From the NCBI GenBank assembly GCA_011109175.1, contig RDEW01000007.1:1560236-1624235 (forward strand): 64,000 bases of DNA, given 5' to 3'. The notes under the pieces were generated by a model. It was not told where the DNA came from and searched no databases. It was given only the letters and a program-made list of their open reading frames with translations. Each line of letters opens with the position of its first letter. The first letter of the stretch is position 1. A program made the translations under genes and the position numbers. This DNA comes from Dicyema japonicum. Taxonomy: Eukaryota > Animalia > Dicyemida. Shown in pieces: positions 1-12,314 of the stretch.

Positions 1-370
1 CCGTAATGTTTTTATATAATCCAAAAGACCTACAAAGAGAACAGCAGACTTCAAAATAAGAAGTTGATAGAGTCAAATATAGAAAGTAAATATTTTCTAA
101 CCTCAGATAGAAGGAAACAAATAAATGGCTTGGTCCTCATTAATGGGGGTTGTTTGAACTTTTTACTTGATAGAGTATATTTGCGCCAAACCAGGAATAC
201 ACGCACATCCTGATTGTTCAAAATTCACAATATGCGCACATATAGGAGAAAAGCCACGTATAAGAAATTGTCCACCTGAATTTAAATTCGATTCAAGGAT
301 TAACACATGTAATTGGTCATGGGATAGCAGATGCTATGAATCTTGGGAAGTAAAGAACATATATAATTAG
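1..370 (+). CDS. 3' part of a multi-exon gene ending in a chitin-binding type-2 (CBM14/peritrophin-A) domain; 5' end lies outside the window
   Basis: Six-Cys motif C-AKPGIHAHPD-C-SKFTI-C-AHIGEKPRIRN-C-PPEFKFDSRINT-C-NWSWDSR-C in ORF 167-370. It joins upstream in frame through tiny GT-AG introns (gtaaatattttctaacctcag; gttgtttgaactttttacttgatag). Confidence 0.8.
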
Positions 371-960
371 TGAGTTAATATTAATTATGGCTTTTTTCCT
401 AATAAATCGAAAATTTATGAATATTTGAAATTTAAAATACAAAAAATTGATTTTTAAATTAATAAAAATTAATATAATTTAATTTGACAAACTGAAGATA
501 AATGTATCCCGTTTCGAATTTTGTTACCACCCATTCCGACTGAAAGTTTCGATTACGATGCATTCCGGTTTGACTCGTGACGTCGTCATCAGTGTGTTTA
601 TTAAAATCTTGCCATGAGGCATGGATTCCCCCTCTAGCATCAAAGTCTCGTCTAAACGCACGTGTCACCGACCCGGATCTCAATAAAAAAACCTTGATCC
701 GTTCCACTATTGATCGTCATCCTCCTAGTCTTATCAAGATGGTTGATTATTATTTCTCTTGGGTAAAAAATACCACTCTCGACGTCCATGGATGAGAGAG
801 AACAGTATAATTCTTTCAAAATAAAGATAAACGTCTCCTTCTTCAAATCGAGTTTCCGTAGACACAGAACAGCTTGATAAGCTTTTTTCATTACGGCACT
901 TTCAACATTATTTTTTTACATCCAAACAGAAATTCGCATAACTTTAGACTATTCCATTTT

Positions 961-1130
961 TTTATTTTTTATTTATTAACCCCGATACACCGAGAATTCT
1001 TTCACAACTAATTAAGTGTATCCAGTTTCCACTTCTACCGAAACAGAGTTTATCCGGAATCAACATAAAAGGTAAAAGACGTCCATACTTGCAGTTGTGG
1101 AAACCCCTCCAGTGGAGTGGGGACTATTCC
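961..1130 (-). mobile_element. SINE family A, 5'-truncated copy with A/TAA-rich tail
   Basis: Closely similar by eye to 3814-3970 and to the reverse complement of 51640-51800 (actaattaagtgtatccagtttccac...gttgtggaaacccctccagtggag). Confidence 0.8.
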
Positions 1131-1214
1131 ATAGAGAGAAATAAGCCACGGGATTTACACAATTCGAAAATCTTTAAAAAATTCACGTAATCTTCCCTCA
1201 GACACCACTGAACT

Positions 1215-1560
1215 TTTCGAGACGTCCGATATCAGTACATCTTCCGCGTAAATAATCACGTTAGTACTCGGATTTTTAGGAGCCTGGAAGTCCCTTTTCA
1301 GAAGTGAATCCTCTACATTTCACAAATGATTTTCTCCCCACCAGAAGATTCCTTAACCAATCGAGTAAAAGGAATTTCAGCTGTGACTTGTTGATAAAAC
1401 AGTGTGTCATGCCAGACACTATCAAAAGCCTCTTGTATATTCAAGCAGTCGACACTCAGCTGATACCTGAAATTCTGGACCTTCTAAATCTCAGAGTTCA
1501 AGATAGACAATCTCAACAGGATCTCCATTGGCAAAAGCCCCATTGTTCATGCTGAGAAAA
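1215..1560 (-). mobile_element. Degenerate non-LTR (LINE) reverse transcriptase fragment
   Basis: Minus-strand translation gives NIQEAFDSVWHDTLF and IIYAEDVLI (RT motifs), with stops and frameshifts. Confidence 0.7.
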
Positions 1561-1789
1561 TTCCTAAATAAACAGACGAAATAAACCGACAAACTCCAGC
1601 AAAAAGTTCATATTTACCAGATGTTCTTCCCTCGAGCATATAACAGGATGCTCGTGGTAAAACAATAAAATTAATAATTACATGCAGGATCAAGTTGGGT
1701 CATATACATTTTCATTGGAAATTGACAGAATCCGGGTGATGCCGGAAATCTGGATATTTAGCAGCCATTTGTAAAGGCTGGCTTTGGTA

Positions 1790-2170
1790 TCTTGACCTTG
1801 TATGTTTTGCGAGATGTGGCATTGAAAAGTAGCTTTACTAGTTTGCTCTCGAATAGACGGTCAATTGTAAACTTTTTCTATGAGTCTCGTGAGATTTGGC
1901 TTAGAAGAGGTGTCCCTTAATACATAATCTTGATATACGCTGCCGTCGTCATAATTTATGATGTCTCTTTAAATCCTATGATATCTAAGAAACGGTTGAA
2001 GAAGTACATGGACCACATCGAAGAATGGTGCTATGGAAACTCTTTCAGTCGCACGTGAAAGTCTTGTCTGGTAAGGATAACTGAAGCAGGAGGCTGACTG
2101 ATCTAACCTCGGGAGAAGACTATGAAATACCTTGGCCTCCTTATTGAAAAAGCCACAAACGCTCTGTCTG
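1790..2170 (+). mobile_element. Degenerate LINE RT fragment
   Basis: Plus-strand LRRGVP, KKYMDHIEEWC and MKYLGLL resemble the late RT motifs; the frame is disrupted. Confidence 0.55.
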
Positions 2171-2529
2171 CGCAAGAAATATAAAACTCGAGCCTGAGCC
2201 CTTGTTTTATGTTTTCAACTCCGTAATTCTTACTGGAATGTTATACGGTTTTGAGGGATGGCATGACTCGAAGAAGGCACAATTCCAAAGAAATTAATTT
2301 ATTTTGTTTTCATTTTTTAGTCTCACAGTGCCACATGGTTAGAAAGAAGACCCAAATTTATATTGAACAGAAAAGAAAGATTTTAAAAAATGACTATAAT
2401 AATTTATTCCTAATTCTCCGAGAAAAGAATTATCCATATCTGTGAAATAATAAATTAAACTTTATTTGGGAATTTCGAAACTCAAAAATTCTTAAAAACA
2501 GTGAAACACTTGAAAACTGTGAACTTGAT

Positions 2530-3700
2530 AATTCCTTGTTGAATGGATTTCAAGGATGGAGGCAATTAATGGTGTTATTACTGAAGATATCACCATTTCA
2601 AAAGCTAAGGTATTTGGTGAAAAGGTAGAATCAATGATCTGGAATTTAGTAAAGGCTACACTGATTCAAAGGAAGATTTAATCTTAAACTAATATTTCCT
2701 CACGGAGGAACCAAAAAGCTTGACACAAGATGAAATTAAGAAAAATATGATTGATACGTTAAAAGAAGTTGACCCTGACGTATTTCTAAACATGGATGAA
2801 ACTGGAATCTTTTTTCCAATCTTTTCCTTCTAGAACAATTTCAAATAAAAAATAGGAATATATCAATCAAAAGTGAGTATCACTATAGCTAAAGCGACTG
2901 GAACAATAAAAATAAAATCTTTTGTTATTTGGAAAGTCAAAGACCAAGATGTTAAAAGTTTAGACTTATAAAATTATTTACTATGCAAATAAAAGGGTTT
3001 GGATGACAAGATAACTTGTTAATGTTTTCATCAGTCATCTTAGCGATGAATCAAAATATTAAAGAAAAAAGTTTTTTTTACTGATATAATGGCACGAAGC
3101 CTTATTTTGTCAACTTGTACGATCAAGAATTCTGATGGTATATCGTTAAAAGATCTATTTTAAGCCCCCTGTTATTCAACGTATTTATGGAAGATTTTTC
3201 GTCACCGCTAGACGTCAGGACCAAACTGATCATATACGCTGATGACATTTTAATCTTGGATTCGTCTATGAGGGCATACCTTTCAGAGCGGCGACTAGGA
3301 GCTTTTGTCGACAAAGTCCAGGATTGGTGTGATCGGAGAGTCCTGAGATTCTCCACAGAAAAGTCCAGTTATTTACGGATAAGCAGGCTGGGTAGGCATC
3401 ACTAAGAGCCTTACACTCTTCGCATACCGAGAGTGTCATCTCTGAAATACCTGGGGATTGTAGTAGATGAGAGAGGATCATATCTGAAGGACATCGAAGA
3501 GCGAAGAAGGCTGTGCAAGCACTGTTCTGCACTAGAAGCCTGAAGATGGATGGTGATACCATGCTTTTTGTTTTTCGGAATGTGATGACGGAAGGCCATA
3601 ATTATGATATCTCACGCATGAAGTAAAGAAGACACAATAAAAATTGTTTCAAAAGGATATGGGCAATTAAATGTTTTGATTACTTTGCTAATGAAGATAT
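2530..3700 (+). mobile_element. Tigger/pogo (CENP-B HTH + DDE_1) DNA transposon remnant, interrupted by a LINE fragment at ~3120-3595
   Basis: LVEWISRMEAINGVITEDITISKAKVFG (CENP-B HTH-like), FLNMDETGIF, YYANKRVWMT and, after the LINE, a TIxNCFKR-like segment at ~3635-3660. Confidence 0.75.
3130..3590 (+). mobile_element. LINE RT fragment (APE-RT type)
   Basis: SPLLFNVFMED...IIYADDILI...LKYLGIVVDE. Confidence 0.85.
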
Positions 3701-3813
3701 CATGCAAGATCCTGTTTTGTGTGAGTACAAAAAAGAACTAGCTAATGAAGATAAAATAACTCAAACAGAAACGCTTGACGAGAACGAAATCTTTCGAGAA
3801 CGAATAATGTCGA

Positions 3814-4143
3814 ATAATTAACCCCGGATACACTGAGAAAGAAGTTAAAGTAAAAAACTAATTAAGTGTATCCAGTTTCCACTTCCACAGAAACAGAGTC
3901 CATCCGGAATCAACATAAAGTGTAAGACGTCCATTACATGCAGTTGTGGAATCCCCTCCAGTGGAGTGGGGGAGAGCAAATGATCCTTTTTCGTGCCGGC
4001 CTGGCACTGGTCGCCACCTAAACAGGTGGATCACATGACGCCACTCTAATAGGAAGAGAGAAGAGGAACAGACGAACAAACAGAAACTTCAACCAATTAG
4101 CCACGAAGCACCACATGGAACCACGCGGCTAAAGTAAAATCCA
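3814..4143 (-). mobile_element. SINE family A, full-length, with 11-bp target-site duplication
   Basis: Head gccgcgtggttccatgtggtgct, structured core at 3981-4042, tail gtgtatccggggttaa. TSD aataatgtcga at 3803-3813 and 4144-4154. Confidence 0.85.
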
Positions 4144-5084
4144 AATAATGTCGACGAGGAAATTATTGGTGCTGAAAATGGAGAGATTATTATTATATAT
4201 TAAAAAATAAATATTAATTACAATGAAATTAGTATATTTATTTCCTTCACAATCCGAAAAGCATCCAAAGTTTTTTTGTTCGGATTAATAAAGGGTTTAC
4301 TGTATTTCAAAAACCGGACAATCTTTACTGTAAAGGAAAAACATTGCATGGGGAATTTTTAGGAGTCAATGATAGAGATGATGAATACTCATATAATCTT
4401 CAAAGAGAATCCAGAACTTGAACTGAAATTTCTGTTTTTTATCGATCTGCTGTATTTTTAACAAATACTTCATCAATGACTCATTAAAGAGCATCTCAGT
4501 CAAAAAAACCGTAGAAAATATCAAGCAAGATTACAAAAGTTTACTAGTTCCAAGCTAGTAAATATTTTTTTATCAGAAAAGGAGTGATTCCTCATTTCGA
4601 ACATTGGCCAGTTAGCCAAGGGGTAAATTGGTCGGAAGGTTAAGGAGGTGACGTACCTCTATTGCACGAAATCTCTCAAGATGGATATTGCCTTCCGTTC
4701 CCCTTTTTGTACCGATTTACGAAATGATGGACACAGGGGACATGGAATACACAGAAGTTTCTAAAAAATATGATACAATAACTCTGGGTACTAATCTTAC
4801 CTGGCTCATAATCAGAGGAATTCGGAAAATCATCTCAGAGGGTGCAAAGCAACTGTCAAGTAATTATTAATACTTGAACGGTAATATCCTCTGATCTTTT
4901 CCCGAATTGATCAGTGGGAGTGAATTTCTTTAAAAAAAGCATTTTCAGCCATTAATATTTTCAATTAATTTTTATTTTTTATTTACTTAAATATTAATGA
5001 TATTTTTTAATACGTCTATTTTATTTATAGACATTTCCCTCCAAAATAATGAATGACTAAAATCCTGTTCTTTTAGATTAAAAG

Positions 5085-6465
5085 TCCTTCTGGCACGACA
5101 TAGTAGTTGAAAAGGATCTTCCTACCTTCTCCCTGATCAAATCCACTTGTGAAGATTACATTATGAAAACTCTTCCGCCAAAGAATGAAGTGATGCCCGC
5201 GACGGTAGGATGTGTGATGAAAATGGAAGAGGCCGAACTTACTTCTCCACCTCTCTTTTGAAGCAGTAGCCTGAAATAGACTATCAGAAGATAGATTTTG
5301 ATCAGCACAAGCAGACGCTCTTCCTTGAGTTCCTTAAATTAATTTGTTATTTTATTTATTTTATTGAACCAAAAAACCACCGTAATATCCAAAATAACAA
5401 TTTCAGGTGATCCCAGCCTCCCTCAACAGTCTCCGCATCTTTTCTCGGTGTTCCGACTACGTTTCTGCGCATTTTCGATATGGACGGGGTCCGCATACTC
5501 GAGTTCTTCGCAGAGACACTGGTTCCAGTCGCCTCTATCATATTTTCTAAGTTTCTTGGCAGAATTTCCACTCGGGAATATTTCCTTAGTAGGTTTGCTG
5601 CCTTCACTTGAATGTTGCATGTCTTGTCCAAATTCGTTGCAGAAAGGTTAGATCCCCAGATATTACATGTGTATCATATTGTAGCCTCGATGAACTGTTT
5701 GTATATGACATCCAGACCACTCAGATCTTTTTTGTCTCTTACGCCTTCAGAAAGTTGATTTTCTTCGTACAAGTTAATAACATATTTTCGACATGTTTTG
5801 TAAAGGTTAAGAAGGTGTCAAAGGTAACTCCCAGGATTTTCTGGTATTTATTTTGCGGAATAATTTTCCCATCCAGTGTGACGTCAATTGATACTTTCCC
5901 TAGTCTTCTGTTTGTCGTGAATAGGGTCAACACCGACTTCTCCGGGCTAGCAGTCAATTGATTTTCCCAAAGCCATAAACTTAATTTATTCATATTGTCC
6001 TGTATTCTTTTCGTTGCTTCTACAATACTCACATCCCTCGAGGCAATGACTATATCATCAGCATGCGTTAACAGTATGTCATCGTCCCCCTGAGGGAGTG
6101 GCAAGTCATCCATCATAACGTTGAACAATAGGAAAGATAATGGGAAGCCCTGGGGAACGTCATTTGCTGAAAGTCTCGATGCGGAACATCGATTGCCATA
6201 GTGTACTCGTCCTCGTCGACCACTCAAGAAATTTCCCAACCATAATTTCAGGTTTGCGTCAATGTTGGACGAATATATGTTGTGCGCGATAATCTTCCTC
6301 GAAACCGAGTCAAAAGCCTTCTGGATATCAATTGAGCATACAATCGTCTTTTTCTGTCCTGGTCTTTTGTTAAGGCCATCTGTTGTGAACTTATGACTTT
6401 GTGTTGGACTTACCACTTACCAAAGATTGTAAGCCTGAGGTTAATAAATAAATAAATAAATAAAT
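5085..6465 (+). mobile_element. SINE family B split by a LINE insertion (B body ~5085-5348, B tail ~6393-6465)
   Basis: Body matches 38030-38300 and 61610-61870. The missing 3' part (tgact..gtgtt..cttaccaaagattgtaagcctgaggttaataataa) resumes at ~6393. Confidence 0.75.
5349..6392 (-). mobile_element. 5'-truncated LINE (RT and post-RT region) with family-C-type 3' end and A-rich tail
   Basis: ORF 5739-6416: DIQKAFDSVSR, VPQG..LLFNV, HADD, QKILGVTFD. The 3' end gggatcacctga...ggttcaataaaataaataaaa lies at ~5350-5420. Confidence 0.9.
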
Positions 6466-6527
6466 TTTGGATTAAAATACTCTACTGATTGTTAACATTT
6501 TCATTTATTATGCTAAATAAAAGAATA

Positions 6528-7150
6528 CTAGGAGACGCTGAAGATGTACTAAGGAGGAAAACACTGGCAAATGGCAATGGCTAAACTGAAGAAAGGATGG
6601 CTAAGAGCCAAAAAACTTGGAATTGACATCAGATGCAGGTTTTACAACACGTTTGTGAAACCGATCCTACTGTACAACGCTGGGACATGGGGAAGTTCCT
6701 TCAATGAACTATTGAAACTGGATTCGTTCCATAGAAGGCAACTAAGAAGCTTACTCGGAATGGAGTGGCCACGTAGAATATTAACCACTGGTATCTACAA
6801 CAAGTGTATGTGTTCTTACATCAGCAAGAATGTGATAGATGCTCGGTGGAGGCTATTTGGACATGTACTAAGAATGAACCCGGACGCACCCGCTAATAAA
6901 GCGATGGAAGATTACTTTGACAGTTGCGACAAACCCTTCCAGGATGACCTAAATCGAAACTTCCGACTACCTTAAACAAAAACCTAAATCGTGTGAAAAA
7001 AATCTAAAGACAAGGGACGACCTGGACGAATTGAGATCACTCGCATTCGACAGAGGAAGATGGAAAAGACTAACTATAAATATTGTTTCTTTAAGTGTTG
7101 CACATGCGGGGATATAAACATTATGGCTTTCGTGAAAGTGCCTTAATAAT
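6528..7150 (+). mobile_element. 5'-truncated RTE-clade LINE with (TAA)n tail and 12-bp TSD
   Basis: ORF 6571-6975: FYNTFVKPILLYNAGTW...LDSFHRRQLR...WRLFGHVLRM (RTE C-terminus). TSD aataaaagaata at 6516-6527 and 7151-7162. Confidence 0.9.
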
Positions 7151-10100
7151 AATAAAAGAATAGTGCTGTCGACTTGAATATCAAGTAATACGTGGACTCC
7201 AAAATTCTTGAGGATTCTAATTCAGGTTACTGCATTCATGAAGGAGATGGAAAGGATGTCTGTAGAGTATAAATACAGATTCAACGTAGCACTCGAAACC
7301 TCAGGGCTATTAAACTTGAGTGGGAGAAGAGACGGTCTTCTTTGATGTCGGGTGAAAATAAATTGAACCAAAAATATTATAACTCCCAACTATGACATCA
7401 AATTTGTGACAAAGCCAAATGTTCGATGAAAATTGCAACTTTATTCAACCGAAAAAAAGTAAAAAGGTATATTTGAGGCCTTTTATTTTACAAGTAAGGT
7501 TGCTTAGACTCTTCTACAGAGTCTTCCTCAAAATGTTCGATGAAAATGCAAATTAAATATTTTCATTAAACTCATTAAATTTACCGCAGAATGTATGACA
7601 CGTAATATTCGGATTAGTTAATGGCAATTGATTATTAATATTTGCAACCAGAACTCAGAGAGTTACCCCCTTATTACCCCGAGACAAATATTTGGAAGAA
7701 CCGTCGGATCATTGATAACAAGTAAGACTTTAAATCTAAATACAGTAACAACCACTCAAGCAGAGTAAAAAATCAAAATGTTTTAAAATAAAGATTATCA
7801 ATTTAAAGGAAATCGATCTGAATTGGCTTGATTTATCATTTTTGTAAGCATATCAGATCTATGTAATTTTAGGATTTATACAGATTTTCATTTTTGTCAC
7901 TACAAATGAATCATAATAAATACATTTGGTTGTAGTCGTTCGAACTGAGAGAACTACAATAGTGAACAAACTGAATACTCGTTGGGATTAGAGGTAGGTG
8001 CAGCTTGACATGAAGATTCAATTTGCTTTAGAAATTCATCCTTCAAATTATAAAGAAAAGTACAATTTGTTTTTTATCCATCCAATTTTCATTTTTTTCC
8101 TGTATTTATATTCAAAATCAACGCAATAATTTCCTTCTTTTTCTTATACATTTAACCACAAGGATACATTATTATATATTTTAATCAATAATTTTCCATG
8201 TAATACCTGGCAATCAATAGTAATCTCCCTCACACTTGACTGACTGGTTAACCGCGTGGCTGATTGATCGAAGGATCGAGGTAGTGATGTGCATCTATTG
8301 CGCAGAATGATGGATGAAAGCTCCTCCACTTGAAAGAGAGGATTTGCTCCAACACGTACTTGGGAAGTCGATGATAGTCCTTATCTTCTTTCTTTTTGTG
8401 TTAATGGACAAGGTGACAAACTCGGGAGACATTTGAAATCTAAAGTCTGAACAAAGGAAGCGTCGAATCTCGTCCAGCCCAAAATTGAAATAGCTTGATT
8501 GATCCCCCATCATGGCTACGCGTAGAAGATGATAGTTAATATGATTCTATATCTTTGCTAATAGCTCCCACTCCAGTCACGGTTTTGGTACCCTAATTTT
8601 TTGTTTTTATAATTTTAACTGCCAATTTCCAGGATTACTGTAATTTTTTCATTTTTGAAATAGCAAATACTTATCCCTTAACTAGACCACTCTTGATAAC
8701 TCGAGATTGACTTGAGTCCATATAAGTATTTTTTGATGGGCAAGTGTTAGGTAATCTGGACTTGGTTACTGCTTATAATTACTAGCAACAAGAGACAGAA
8801 TCCTATAAGCTATGATTATATACGTGCCGATGATCACGTTCACCAATCGATTCCACCCTCCTCTAATCAAGGCCAGACTCAGGTTGTTGTTTATAGACGA
8901 ATAATTTCCTCCAATATTATTTTGAAAAACAAAGAAAAACATAATATGCTAACAATTAATTAATTATTGATTTTTGTGGTTTGCCATTTTATCAAATTTT
9001 TAAAGAATGTTAAAAAGTCAGCAATATAATTTGTAGAATTTGTAGAATTATATTTATTAGTGTTAAATTATGTCAAGCTGAGAGCCTCAACTACCTTGCT
9101 TTGCCAAAATTATCGAACAAATTCTTAGCAGATAAATATTGATTTCCTAGCATATTTCAAGTGTACCACGTCTAATTAATGTGAGAATGATTAAAATGTA
9201 AATTTCAAAATGTATTAGGTTCTCATGTTAACCATCGAGATCAACTGGGAAAGCCACTGGGTTTCTCGGATGACTTTGTTGAGAGGAAGGTATGGGAAGT
9301 GGATACGATATTGTAAATTATAAAGTAAACATTGCTAATTAATTTATGCGGGAGTAATATGAAACGGTAGGACTTGCCAACCTGTTTCTACCCAGACAGT
9401 CTCCCTAAGAAATCAACAAACACAGGGTTATCTTTGAAGACAAGTCCCAGATACTTTAGTGCGGTTTTTGAAACCCCAAATAAGATTTTCGATAGTTCCG
9501 CCAACCTTGCACATTTTTCCTTCCAACCATAGGGGAATCGCCATTAGAGAAACTCAGTGTATATCTCATCTATGCATTAGCAGACTCACTGGAGACATAA
9601 CCCTGAGTTAATTATCAATAACTACACCCATAATGGCAAAAACTCAAACTCAATTTGACGAAACCAAAGTTTAATGACAAAAATAAAAACAAATGTAATT
9701 AAACAATCTATTAATACACCACAATAATTTCCAAAACGCACTCAAGTGAAAAATTGATTCTCCTGTTTAGGAAAAACCCAATGTAGGGGCGGCATCAAAA
9801 AAGATCTCTTTTCTATTCAATGGGAGAGGTTTCCGTAATGGCGGATATGGATAGACGTCTCCAAAAACTTAAGATTCTGAGCTTGTTTCCGTATCGTATG
9901 GCATTCCAGATTTCCTTTGCACGTGTCTATTTTCCAGAGTTTTTCAAAGGGCAAATGACTGATATGCCCTGACTATTTCTTCCACCCTGAGAGTGTCCAG
10001 ATTGTCCTTGTGTCAATTGCCTCCCATGTACAACAGGCTTATCTTTACCCTCGCGTTGTGAATAGCCTTCAGTTTGTTGACCAGAAAATCATATTTATGG

Positions 10101-10234
10101 AACTTTACCACTTCTACCTGTTTTAGGCAATTTTGGGAGGTTATCCAAAACGTGGTTGTTTCCTCGTCTTTCATAAAGAAAAATATACTGTTTGTTGTCG
10201 GCCACAGTGTATCCGTGTTGATCGGAGTGTTCAT

Positions 10235-10765
10235 TTGATCAGGGACTCACCTTTATCCGGCATGTTGAAAACAAAGTAACTTCTGCTCTGAATAAAATGA
10301 GAATTTTAAAAGTGCTCTCAAAAAACACTTAGAGACCAAACTGGTGTCTTTGCCACGATTTACAAACAATTTATTCGACCAACGATGACGTATGCAAGTC
10401 CTTCATGGGCAATGAAATGTCACGATCTTCCTCATTGAAATTATCTGCAATCGAGGAGACTGCAATAAAGTTAATTGGACCAGATCACAATATCCAACCT
10501 ATTGAAAACTTTTTAATCGAACTACAACGGAAACTATTAAAGGAGGCTATTCTACCGAGCTGCCCTCTATTCCAAATACTATCGAATTATCTACAATCAT
10601 ACAGAAATTTTGAGCCGATGCCATGTCCAATGAGAAGAGCTGTTCAGGATTCTCGACCCGCCGGACTCGTCCTCACCTTTGTTGGTCTGATATCACTTAG
10701 TTAGATGATAACTTTTATTTCTTTCTCTTTGACCCAGTGATCCTGGGGGTAATAATAATAATAAT
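10235..10765 (+). mobile_element. LINE 3' end (post-RT domain) with (TAA)n tail
   Basis: DQGLTFIRHVENKV...IYKQFIRPTMTYASPSWG; ends gatcctgggggtaataataataataa. The same 3' end occurs on the minus strand at ~51950-52030. Confidence 0.8.
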
Positions 10766-12314
10766 TTGAATCTCCACAAAATATTTTCCTGCTACAAATT
10801 GGAGTTAGTGGATCTTGTTTTTTTCCTTTTTATCTCATATTGAAGGCATAAATTCAGGGGGATCGTTCTTGATTTATTATTCTATCTGCGGTAAAAACTG
10901 TTCAACATTCTTTTTGTCGCGAAATGGTCGACGACTTCTGTACTTGCAATGGTCGCGTTTAGTTTCTCTGTTATCAAAAAAAAGGTTGTAGAAAAAACAG
11001 AATTCCATCCGTTGCTAGGAAACTGTCTTGTACCCCGCGAAATCGCCAGATTTACTTTATCGGTTTGAAATGGTTTTTTCTCAAATTTCTTAAACATTGG
11101 ATTTCCTTCAGTGACTTTGTTTCTGATCCTTTAAGTTCTCCAATGTTGTACTTTTTGGAGTTTTTTATTTTTCTTTGACTCAACGAATTTCCTCTCTCAT
11201 CAGGCGATAACTTGTCTTATGTTCCTGGTCTCCGATTAACTGGAGAGCCACACATTCAGTTTGGTGGCTGACAACTTCAAGGCCTTTTACAAATGGATCT
11301 TTTGGAAGGTATAATCAATTGAAGTAACGATAATGACATATATCAGTCCACATTGTCGAAGAAGACGCTCGAGAATATATTTGTTGAGACAAAATATCAA
11401 AAGAGGGAGTGGGCAATCCTTTTATTAATAATCGTTAAAGTATTAGGAGCATACGGCAGTCGCCTTGACTGCGTGGCTATTCCCTCTTAGGATTGGGAGT
11501 GAGATTCGCTCGTTATATCTACTTGTAATTTGTTTGGAGAGCTGATGACTTAGTTTCTTAGAGGCTTGCACTAAATAGAACAGACATATCGATTGTCCTC
11601 ATTTTTCAAATATATTTAAGTATTGGTCCAATTTTGAGGTAGAACCTTCTAGGATTCTTCTCCTAGGACTTCTAGGATTGACGAGTGACGCCGTTATCAG
11701 TGATTAATCACTGTGGAACCAGATTGTCTCAGAGACTCACGTAAGCATAAAAAAAGGAAATTAAGAATATCTTCAATGTCTAGGTCTTGGATTAATTAGC
11801 ATAACTGTTATATACTTCTTGAAGAAAGTGAGTTCTTCCTAAGCTGAGTGAGTGATGGAAACATTACTATTCGTTGGCGGAATTATTATCAGTATCCTCC
11901 ATCTCTCACTGTGAACCTGTTGGTATTGTCTGTTAAACAACAAGTGGTTAATTAGTCAGAAATTTAGGTAGTAGTGTACCTTTATAATACTAAAAGTCCA
12001 TGTTTTCCTTGTGATGTGACAATCTGATGGACTAAGGAGACATTAGAAAAAGTAAGTGAAGGATTCGAGTTCGATTCGGGTACAGCCAATAGTGGAAAGC
12101 TGCAAGAATAGAATGATAGTTAATATGTTGCTAGAAATAATGAGATATCAGTTTTCTCACGACAATGACCCAAGATGTCACAAGATCGCCCAAGAAACAA
12201 ATGAATTTTTCCAGTCATATCACAAAAAACCACTACCCACAGTTAATAGAGGTTCATTTACTACGACTTATTTAATAAACAAAAATAAATAAAATCAATT
12301 TAAAAATCAATAAT

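Noticed and set aside
459-707. ORF resembling a mariner/Tc1 N-terminal HTH (SVTRAFRRDF...KFETG)
   Set aside because: Part of it is the antisense of a family E repeat body (541-610), and no DDE motif or TIR was found nearby; similarity is probably chance.
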